DNA from: Blastocatellia bacterium
GTDB taxonomy: Bacteria > Acidobacteriota > Blastocatellia > UBA7656
Assembly (NCBI GenBank): GCA_963765495.1
Contig: CAVXWP010000003.1
Coordinates: 128,001-192,000 of the forward strand
DNA length: 64,000 nt
Direction: 5' to 3'
Shown: one piece after another, positions 1-8,224 of the stretch
How the letters are laid out: the number at the start of each line of letters is the position of its first letter
Numbering within the stretch: position 1 is the first letter of the stretch
Notes under the pieces: model-generated
The model's database searches: none
Told to the model about the DNA's origin: nothing
The model's input: the letters and a program-made list of their open reading frames with translations, nothing else
Position numbers and translations under genes: made by a program

Positions 1-3
1 GAG

Positions 4-1371
4 ATGCAGTTGCCGCTTGTGATGCTCTTTAACAGAAACCGTCTGATGATCCTGCCGCAGGCCATAAGCAAGGCAACGGGGCTGCATGCGGCGCTCACCG
101 CACTACGGCTCTCCGAGCATAACGCCATAGCCATCGGAGACGCGGAAAACGATCATCAGCTACTGGAAGCCTGCGAGATTGGTCTCGCGGTCGCCTGGGG
201 AAGCCCCGCGCTCAAAGCGTCGGCCGATGCAGTGATCGAAGGACGAGGTCCCGAGGCGGTGGCCGATTATATAAGACAGGTTGCCGATAAGCCGAGACTC
301 GCGCCTTCCTTCACCGGCAAGCACCGTTTGCTTCTGGGCACCAATCGAGAGGGCCAGCCGGTAGAACTGGCCGTTCGCGGGCGCAATCTGCTCATAGCGG
401 GTGATTCTCAAACGGGTAAATCCTGGGTCGCCGGACTCCTGTGCGAACAGTTGATCCTTCAACGCTACTCGGTTTGTGTGATAGACCCGGAAGGTGACTA
501 TCGTACTCTGGAATCGTTACCGGGAGTGATCGTATTGGGAGGTGAAGACCCACCGCCGCAAGCCCGCGAGCTTACTCGCGCGCTCCGTTACCCGGATGTA
601 AGCGTGGTAGTAGACCTCTCAAGACTGAAGCCGAAAGAGAAACGAGACTATGTGAATTCCTTGTTGGTTATGCTTGCCTCGCTCAGGCGTCACACGGGGA
701 TTCCTCATCGAATAGTCGTAGACGAAGCGCATTACTTCATGCATGGGCCGGAGGTTACAAGCCTGCTCGATCTTGAGATGTCCGGGTACACGGCGATCAC
801 CTATCAGGTATCAGGCCTGCACAAAGATGTGCTTCGAGCAAGCGAGGCGATAATAGTGACCAGAGAGACAGACCCTCGCGAAGCCCGCGCTCTGCGGGCG
901 CTTGTTGGCGGCAGGGAATCCGAGGCCGAATGGGAAGCGGTGCTTGGAAACCTTGCCATAAATGAAGCTGTGCTGTTGCCGAACGCTGCGGAAGCCTGCG
1001 GCAAGCTCTGCCGATTCTATCTTGCGCCGCGCCTTACAGTCCACGTCCGTCATCAGCACAAATATCTGGATGTGCCGGTTCCAGAAGGACGCGCTTTTCT
1101 CTTCACGCGAGAGGGCGAGCAGACAGGTCGCCGCGCTCGCACATTGAAAGAGTTTACCGCCGTCCTGGCAACCGCTCCTCCAGAAGTAATTGAAGGCCAT
1201 CTTCGCAATAATGATTTTTCGCGCTGGATTGCTGGCGTCTTTCGAGACAACATTCTGGCATCAGAGGTTCTGGAACTTGAGAAACAGTACCAGATCGGAC
1301 AGATGCCCGATATAAACGATGCGCTTATACAATCAATCCAGGACCGCTACACCGTGCACAGTAGCCTGTGA
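4..1371 (+). CDS. HAD-IIB hydrolase fused to HerA/FtsK-like P-loop ATPase (5'-partial)
   Basis: HAD motif IV GDAEND; Walker A GDSQTGKS; DPEGDY; Walker B VVDEAH. The N-terminal HAD motif I is absent, so the gene probably begins before the window. Confidence 0.8.
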   Translation: MQLPLVMLFNRNRLMILPQAISKATGLHAALTALRLSEHNAIAIGDAENDHQLLEACEIGLAVAWGSPALKASADAVIEGRGPEAVADYIRQVADKPRLAPSFTGKHRLLLGTNREGQPVELAVRGRNLLIAGDSQTGKSWVAGLLCEQLILQRYSVCVIDPEGDYRTLESLPGVIVLGGEDPPPQARELTRALRYPDVSVVVDLSRLKPKEKRDYVNSLLVMLASLRRHTGIPHRIVVDEAHYFMHGPEVTSLLDLEMSGYTAITYQVSGLHKDVLRASEAIIVTRETDPREARALRALVGGRESEAEWEAVLGNLAINEAVLLPNAAEACGKLCRFYLAPRLTVHVRHQHKYLDVPVPEGRAFLFTREGEQTGRRARTLKEFTAVLATAPPEVIEGHLRNNDFSRWIAGVFRDNILASEVLELEKQYQIGQMPDINDALIQSIQDRYTVHSSL

Positions 1372-1401
1372 TGCTCCAATCGGAGCAGGAGGAATGCCTT
1401 T

Positions 1402-2814
1402 ATGATATTCAAACAATTTTACCTTCCAAGCCTCGGTCATGCCTCATATTTCGTCGGCTCCGAACAGACGGGCGAGGCCCTTGTGCTCGATGTCAGGCGT
1501 GATGTCGAAATCTATTTCAAAGAAGCGCGCTCCGAGGGGATGCGCATTCGCTATGCGGCCGACACGCACCAGCATAATGATTACCTCACTGGGATATGCG
1601 AACTGCCCGTCAGGTCAGATGTCGAACTGCTCGGAAGCGCGAGGGCCGAACTCGGCTATAAAGCGCGCCCGCTCGCCGATGGCCAGCGGCTCGAAATGGG
1701 CGAAATTCTCTTTGAGGTATTGCACACTCCCGGCCACACGCCCGAGCATATAAGCCTGCTAGTGACGGATCGCTCGCGAGGAGACGAGCCAGCGCTGCTG
1801 CTTTCAGGCGGAGCATTGCTTGTGGGTGATGTGGCAAGGCCCGATCTTCTTGGCGGCAGAGCCGATATTGAGAAGGCGGCAGAGAACCTTTGCCGGATGC
1901 TGCAAGAGAAGATACTTACGCTGCCCGACTACGTCGAAGTCTTTCCAACACACGTAGCCGGGTCGCTTTGCGGGGGCAATATCGCCAGTCGCCTTTCAAC
2001 GACCATCGGCTACGAGCGGCGTATGAATGAGATGCTTGCGCGCCTCGCGGCAAGCGAAGAGATAGTCAAGCAATGCATCGAGCTTAAGGATTTACCCGCT
2101 GTGCCTCCCTACTGGCGGCGCATGAGAAGACAGAACCAGCAGGGACCACCGCTACTTGGAGTGCTCCGCGAACCGCCCGCCCTGAGTGTGAGCGATTTTG
2201 AAGCCCTGCGCGACGAAGGCGCTGTGGTACTCGATTGCCGCTCGCCGGAAAGCTTCGCGGGCGCTCACATTCCTGATTCCCTAAACGTAGGCCGGGGCAC
2301 TTCATTTCCCACCTGGGCGGGAACCGTGCTTCCCGCAGATACTCCATATATTCTGGTGCTCGAAAAGGAAGACGAACTGTGGGACATCTGCTGGGATTTG
2401 CTTCGGACCGGATATGAGTTACCGAGAGGGTGGCTCGCAGGCGGAATGTATGCGTGGCGAACGGCGGCGAAACCTATGAGAATGATGACGGAGTGGACCG
2501 TCTGGGAATTGAGTGAACGACTTGAAGGCGAGCCGAAACTTACGGTGCTCGATGTGAGGCAACCGGGCGAGTGGAGCTCGGGACATATCAAGGGCGCGTC
2601 GTTTATTACGGGCGCAACGTTGCCTGCGCGCATTGAAGAAGTTCCAAGAGATCATACTCTGGCCGTCATATGCGGGAGCGGTTACCGTTCGTCAGTGATG
2701 GCGAGCCTGCTTGAACAAAATGGATTCCAGAATATCGCGAATGTTGTGGGCGGGATGAGCGCCTGGATAGGAGCAGGATTTGAGACTGTGAGCAATCGAA
2801 CAGACGAGCCCTGA
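1402..2814 (+). CDS. MBL-fold persulfide dioxygenase with two rhodanese domains (CstB/Blh-like)
   Basis: THQHND metal motif, HTPGHTPEH, GDVARPDL, GSLCG, C-terminal rhodanese loop CGSGYRS; RBS AGGAGG upstream. Confidence 0.88.
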   Translation: MIFKQFYLPSLGHASYFVGSEQTGEALVLDVRRDVEIYFKEARSEGMRIRYAADTHQHNDYLTGICELPVRSDVELLGSARAELGYKARPLADGQRLEMGEILFEVLHTPGHTPEHISLLVTDRSRGDEPALLLSGGALLVGDVARPDLLGGRADIEKAAENLCRMLQEKILTLPDYVEVFPTHVAGSLCGGNIASRLSTTIGYERRMNEMLARLAASEEIVKQCIELKDLPAVPPYWRRMRRQNQQGPPLLGVLREPPALSVSDFEALRDEGAVVLDCRSPESFAGAHIPDSLNVGRGTSFPTWAGTVLPADTPYILVLEKEDELWDICWDLLRTGYELPRGWLAGGMYAWRTAAKPMRMMTEWTVWELSERLEGEPKLTVLDVRQPGEWSSGHIKGASFITGATLPARIEEVPRDHTLAVICGSGYRSSVMASLLEQNGFQNIANVVGGMSAWIGAGFETVSNRTDEP

Positions 2815-2978
2815 GATGATCGAAAACCTTGGTTGTAATGTTCCCTGGATACCGGACACACGAAGGCGCTGCCAGGATGAGGTTAAAGCCGTTCACTAAA
2901 GCAAGGGCGAAAGATGCACAGAGGTATTCTTTAGCTTACACAGAGTGGCGTTTGTCTCTTTAGTGCAGTGAGTTTGAA

Positions 2979-3896
2979 ATGACCCAGTTTATTGAAAGAT
3001 GGCTGCTTGATCCCACAATCCGCCGACTCATCGCCGTCGTGACCGTCTTGCTTGTCCTGGTAATCCTTGTGCGATTCATCAACTCATCGCTTTCGCGTTA
3101 TGTCAGGGAGGCAGACGCACGCTACCGCGCCCGCAAGTTTGTCAACTTCACCGGCTATGTACTGGGGGGGCTCATCCTAGCTACTATTTACAGCGACAGC
3201 CTCGGGAACCTGACGGTCGCATTCGGAGTCGCAGGTGCGGGAATAGCTTTTGCCTTGCAGGAAGTTATCGCTAGCTTCGCCGGATGGTTCGCAATCTCAT
3301 TAGCCAGCTTTTACAAGACCGGGGACCGCGTTCAGTTGGGCGGGATCAGAGGCGATGTCATTGACATAGGCATACTTCGTACTACCTTGATGGAAGTGGG
3401 CGAATGGGTGAAAGGCGATCGCTACAGCGGTCGCGTCGTGCGCATCGCCAACAGCTTTGTCTTCAAAGAGCCTGTCTTCAATTACTCGGGCGATTTTCCC
3501 TTTCTGTGGGATGAGATCATAGTGCCGGTAAAGTACGGGAGTGATCACCGGCTGGCAAGAGAGATTCTTCAACGTATTGCAAGCGAGATAGTGGGCGATT
3601 ATGTCGAAAGCGCGGCGATTGCCTGGAAAGAGATGGTAAATAAGTATCTGATCGAGAACGCGGCGGTCGAACCCACAGTCACCCTGGCTGCCAACGACAA
3701 CTGGTTGGAGTTCTCTCTTCGCTTCGTCGTCGATTATAAACAGCGGGTTTCGACAAAAGACAGGCTTTTCACCCGCATCATCGAAGAGTTCGCGCAAACC
3801 CAGGGGCGCGTCTCGATCGCTTCTGCCACCCTCCAGATTGTGCAGGCTTCCGAGAGCAACCCGCGACTGAAACAGAGAGCGGAGGAATCCATATGA
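2979..3896 (+). CDS. MscS-family mechanosensitive channel
   Basis: N-terminal TM helices, GIAFALQE, GDRVQLGGIRGDVIDIG, IANS...VFNYS. Confidence 0.9.
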   Translation: MTQFIERWLLDPTIRRLIAVVTVLLVLVILVRFINSSLSRYVREADARYRARKFVNFTGYVLGGLILATIYSDSLGNLTVAFGVAGAGIAFALQEVIASFAGWFAISLASFYKTGDRVQLGGIRGDVIDIGILRTTLMEVGEWVKGDRYSGRVVRIANSFVFKEPVFNYSGDFPFLWDEIIVPVKYGSDHRLAREILQRIASEIVGDYVESAAIAWKEMVNKYLIENAAVEPTVTLAANDNWLEFSLRFVVDYKQRVSTKDRLFTRIIEEFAQTQGRVSIASATLQIVQASESNPRLKQRAEESI

Positions 3897-4117
3897 GCGT
3901 CAAACAAGCAGAGATTCCATCGCGACACGCGTTGAGATCACTACGCAACCTGTTCGCGCGCGGGTTAGGAATCAGCGCTGAGCGAAAGGAAGAAATATAC
4001 ATAGAGCTATCGAGGTCGGCCACGCTCAGGGGCGGCAGTTACTGGTTGCAGGTTCTCTTCTCGGCAGGCATCGCCACGCTTGGACTCGTTTTGAATAGCC
4101 CCGCGGTTATCATAGGG
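3893..4117 (+). pseudogene. DUF389-family membrane protein, N-terminal fragment only
   Basis: SAGIATLGLVLNSPAVIIG matches the DUF389 start, where AMLI.PL normally follows; here it switches to unrelated sequence at about 4118. Confidence 0.75.
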
Positions 4118-4209
4118 TCAACTCCAATCTATGGTAATTGGAAGCATAGGACAATTATCAAGCAGGTTTCTTATAAAATCAAACGATGGAAAGCCGAAGT
4201 CGAAGCGGA

Positions 4210-4294
4210 GCCTAACGACGAATTCAGCGGCGCGCCGGTATTGAAGGGATAATGAGGAGGTGGAAAGCGCGTCCACTGGAATGAGCAGTTAGGC
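4210..4294 (-). other. integron attC recombination site 1 (85 bp)
   Basis: Minus strand GCCTAAC...TTCCAGTGGAC...GCCGCTGAA...GTTAGGC: RYYYAAC/GTTRRRY boxes with imperfect inner arms, about 20 bp after a cassette ORF stop. Confidence 0.85.
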
Positions 4295-4313
4295 GGCTTC
4301 CGATAATGGAACT

Positions 4314-4799
4314 TCATTCTGATAGCTTTAAGTCGCTCGGGTCAATTTTCCTCCTTACAATTTCACGACGGTCTGCCAAATCATATGCCAGTATCCAATG
4401 ATTTGTTTGCAAGAGAGTTTCAGCCCAGTAAACATAAACAATATTTTCTCTTTTTCTGATTTCAAGGGGACTACTGTAATCAACGTATTTGTAGAGAAGG
4501 CGATTCTCATATTCGTCATTGTACTTGACCTCAACAACCCCCATGTGTGCAGGTGCTTGTACCCAAGCCGAAGCTTCTCCATTAGGCAAATACACTTGAA
4601 ACTCCCAACCAATTTTGTCGTTGCCAAAATGCCCCTTCTCACTAGTAGTAGCAGCACGGAAGTTAGCAATCAACTGGTAATATTGTTGGTCACGAACGAT
4701 AAAAGGAGGCCAGCCAGAGATTGCCACCCAAAGTGTAGCCAATAGAGCAATAAAGAGGGAAAGAGCAAATATTATGAATTTACGAGGCTTGAATTTCAT
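4314..4799 (-). CDS. gene-cassette membrane-anchored/exported hypothetical protein
   Basis: AT-rich ORF between two attC sites; basic plus hydrophobic N-terminus (MKFKPRKFIIFALSLFIALL). ATG 4799 preferred over TTG 4829. Confidence 0.7.
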   Translation of the reverse strand: MKFKPRKFIIFALSLFIALLATLWVAISGWPPFIVRDQQYYQLIANFRAATTSEKGHFGNDKIGWEFQVYLPNGEASAWVQAPAHMGVVEVKYNDEYENRLLYKYVDYSSPLEIRKRENIVYVYWAETLLQTNHWILAYDLADRREIVRRKIDPSDLKLSE

Positions 4800-4940
4800 A
4801 GTGTCAAATCTGGGATCATTATCGCACAAAAGTTGATTCGATATGAAATCTTACCTAGACAACTGATCGATGGCAAATGACAAAGGGAATCAAATTCCAC
4901 TTGGATTACCAAAACAGAGAAGTGACAAGCGACGGCAGGA

Positions 4941-5025
4941 GCCTAACGCAGGCATCAGCGGCCCGCTGGTAGCTGTTGGAACACGAAATCGTGGAATGCG
5001 CGTCCGCTGGAATGAGCAGTTAGGC
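4941..5025 (-). other. integron attC recombination site 2 (85 bp)
   Basis: Same length and ends as site 1; shares GCGCGTCC(A/G)CTGGAATGAGCAGTTAGGC on the plus strand. Confidence 0.85.
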
Positions 5026-5032
5026 TTCGTCC

Positions 5033-5844
5033 GGCTTTGTTGCGCAATTCGAGATGAAGATAGACTTCCCCCAGACTTGGCCGATTTCTAGATCGCAACT
5101 GTCTCAGGCATTCCTAATTCGCTCATCCGATTTAAGACCATGCACTTGATCCTTGCCTCCGTCATCTGTGTCTCCATCTTTCTACTGCTCATTCTCTCTC
5201 CCAGCATCCCCTTTATCCTCCCCATCTGCGTCTCTACTAAACTCCTCTTCTGATACCCGCTCTCTGCTTTCCATCCCTTTTCTCCTTTCTCCTCCTTCTC
5301 TCTTATCGCCAGGTTTCTCTCCTTCATGTAATAATACTTGCTCTCTACGGCTCCCTTTCGCGGTGGTATTAACGGTCTCGCTCCCTTCTTATGGATCGCC
5401 TTGTGACACTGGTTCGTATCATATGCTCCATCCCCATATATCCGACCTACTTCCCCTTCTGTTTCCTCTATCAATCGAGGCATTACTCGTGGATCCACCA
5501 CTGCTTTATCAGTCAACTCCACTGCTGTTATCTCCCACGTCTCTGTATCTACTGCTATGTGTAACTTCCTCCAAGTCCGTCGTTTATCCTTCCCGTGGGT
5601 GCGCACTTTCCACTCCCCTTCTCCAAATATCTTCACTCCTGTAGAGTCTATTACAAGGACCGCTATTGGCTTGGTTGTGTCTCGTCTCAATTTTACATTT
5701 AGCCCTGGCCCGCGCCTTGATACTCTACTGTAATCTGCAACGGGCAAATCTACTCCCATCAGCTTGAATAAAGAGCAGACGAAGCCTTGAGTCTGGCGAA
5801 GAGGAAAATGGAAGACGGCCTTGATCGAGAGCATTGTTATGATA
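5033..5844 (-). mobile_element. IS5 family (IS903 group) element, 5' part lost
   Basis: End GGCTTTGTTG at 5033 resembles the IS903 IR; transposase motifs PLRQTQG, IDSTGVKIFGEGEW, RRTWRKLH, GDGAYD, YQKRSLVET; stop at 5088; N-terminus replaced by the IS630 end. Confidence 0.85.
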
Positions 5845-7059
5845 TAGCTTTTAAGAAAATGTTTTCCCGAGAAATGTGATTGTAGAGGCAATGCGCTAGG
5901 CGGCAAAGCCAAACACCGCCAAAACCTCTTTCGGCGCGTTAGCGAATTTCACCAGCGCTCGTTCAACTTTCTCTGTCAACGACTCAAAGCTCGGAATGTA
6001 ATGCAAGTGCGTCTCTTGCTCTTTGATCTTCTTCCACAGCTTCTCGATGGGATTCAAATCCCGTGAGTAGCTCGGCAGTTGGAAGACCGTCAAGCGATCT
6101 GAGTGTTGGGCAAAGAATTCCTGCATTGCTTGTGAGCTATGATAGCCTGCTCCATCTTGGATCAAGACGATGCGACGATCACTTTGCGCCAACACTTGCA
6201 TCAGGAATTGTTGATAACTGACCGAGGTTTATCGCGATTGCGTGGCTTGCGAAAAGAATTTGCCGGTGAAGTAGTCGATCAGGCCGAAGACTTTATAGGA
6301 CTTGCGTTTGCCTGAGGTTTTGACTTGCGGTTGCAGGCCACGCCGTGACCAGGTGTAGGAGAGCGTCCCCCATTGCGGAAAACTCGCTTCATCGCCCAAC
6401 AAGAGATAGGCGTTTTGTTGGCGCGCCAATGCAAGCGCCTGGGCAAAGGTTTCTTGCTGCCAGATGCGGCGTTTTTCCTCATCGAGATGATCTGAGACAA
6501 ACTTGGCTTTTTGATAAGAGAAACCGAGACTCTTGAGCAACTGACAGATGTAGTGAACCGAGTAGAAGAGGCCAAACTTTTCCTAGATCAGATGTTGAAT
6601 CATCGGCGAGCGCCAACAAGCTGGGGAGAAGCCATTGGCGGTTGGTCCCGCATCAATCATGGCCGCGAGTTCGCGCTTTTGCGATTTAGTGAGTTTGGCT
6701 TTGCGTCCGGGCGATTTTTTGTCTTTGAGACCGTTGAGCCGATAGCAAAGAAATTGGTGCGCCCAGTTAAGGACGGCATCAACGGAGAGCTTGAGAAGAG
6801 CGGCAACCTGTTGGGGAGAGTTGGTGTCGCGCAGAGCGAAGATGGCTAGGATGCGTTTGACGAGCCGAATGTCGCCTTGGCGCTGGGCCGATTTCAAGGC
6901 GAACTCCATCTCTTTGCAAAGCGGGGTAGATATGGTAAGACGAAAGGGTAACATTGGGGTATCTCCTTTGGTTTTAGGATAAAGTGAAACTATGGAGATA
7001 CCCCGATTCAATCCTCGTTTTCAAGTGATTCTCAGGAAATCTTTTTCATGAGGTCTATA
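5843..7059 (-). mobile_element. IS630-family element
   Basis: TATA at both ends (5843-5846, 7056-7059) with imperfect IRs TAGCTTTTAAGAAAATGTTTTCCCGAGAA versus TAGACCTCATGAAAAAGATTTCCTGAGAA. Confidence 0.8.
5896..6954 (-). pseudogene. IS630 transposase with two in-frame stops
   Basis: Three track ORFs lie in one frame (HTH; GDEASF; QDGAGYH...LPSYSRDLNPIEKLW), separated by TAG 6585-6583 and TAA 6231-6229. Confidence 0.85.
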
Positions 7060-7583
7060 GCATTTCTCCAACTCTATTGCCGACGGCATAGTCAGCTTTC
7101 CTTCGATTGTGAAATTTGTTGATTCGCCCTCATCGTGTAGGCTTATTCTGAACATCGCCGTTCGCCCGTTTGTCACCATCAGTGCTAGATTCAATTGTCT
7201 GGAGGCAATTTGATTGCCACGGCGGAAACAGATCGACTCTAATCAACAAGATACGTAAACTCGGAATCACTCGCCCGCGATCATCCGAGCAGTGACCATA
7301 TCTGGCCGTGTGGCGGTATGCAGTCACCCGCCGAAAACGAAATCCTACGCTAAACAAATATCAATCTCAATTATCCCGACTCAACCCCAGACCCGGCCCG
7401 ACAGCGCCAAGAACCGACGCTGTTTGGCGAGATCGTTGCGCCATATAACCGCTGACGCAAAACGATACCTGATGCAATATCGCTGGCGACGCGAGACGTC
7501 CCCGCCCGTAGGTGATTGGAAGATGCCAAGCGAGGCCGTCGTTTCGGCTTTGTCTTCGTAGACTTCAAAACTATGATCCCGTT

Positions 7584-7612
7584 TTGTTATTGTATTACGC
7601 TCGTCATATAAT
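7584..7612 (+). promoter_or_regulatory. sigma70-type promoter with overlapping candidate TetR operator
   Basis: TTGTTA-N17-TATAAT ending 6 nt before the GTG start; imperfect palindrome TATTAC-GCTC-GTCATA at 7593-7608. Confidence 0.55.
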
Positions 7613-7618
7613 GCGGTC

Positions 7619-8197
7619 GTGCGTTATCCGAGAGAGCAAAAAGCAGCGACTCGCAGGAAGATTGTCGGCGCAGCGGCGCGGCTATTTCGCAAGTGCGGCT
7701 ATGATGGGGTTGGGGTCGATGCCATCATGAGCGAAGTCGGCCTGACGGCAGGTGGATTCTACGCCCATTTTCCCTCGAAGGAAGCTCTCTTTGCCGAAGC
7801 GATGGCGACGGCTCTCGATGAAGGAAATAGGCGGCGCGGGGCAAGGGGGTCCGCTGCTCAACTGTCTGATCCTTTGCGCGATCTGATCTTCGGTTATCTG
7901 AGCCGCAAGCACCGTGACCAGATGGCCGAAGGATGTCCACTGCCTGCGCTCACTTCGGACGTGGCGAGGGCAAGTGATGCCACACGCCAGCTTTATGAGC
8001 AGCAGATTCTCGGCTTCTTCCGCGAGATCGAATCATTGCTCCCTAAGGGAGGCGCTCCGACGCGCGACCGTGCGCTCTCAGTTATTGCTCAATGCGTGGG
8101 CGGACTGATGATCTCGCGCGCAGTAAAAGACGAAGTACTTTCAAACTCCATTCTGAAAGCCTGTCGCGAGGCGGCAATGAGAATTTCAAGAGAATGA
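7619..8197 (+). CDS. TetR/AcrR family regulator
   Basis: AARLFRKCGYDGVGVDAIMSEVGLTAGGFYAHFPSKEAL HTH; GCPLPAL. Confidence 0.93.
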   Translation: MRYPREQKAATRRKIVGAAARLFRKCGYDGVGVDAIMSEVGLTAGGFYAHFPSKEALFAEAMATALDEGNRRRGARGSAAQLSDPLRDLIFGYLSRKHRDQMAEGCPLPALTSDVARASDATRQLYEQQILGFFREIESLLPKGGAPTRDRALSVIAQCVGGLMISRAVKDEVLSNSILKACREAAMRISRE

Positions 8198-8224
8198 ACC
8201 TCGCGCCATCTCATCATTGGAAGG

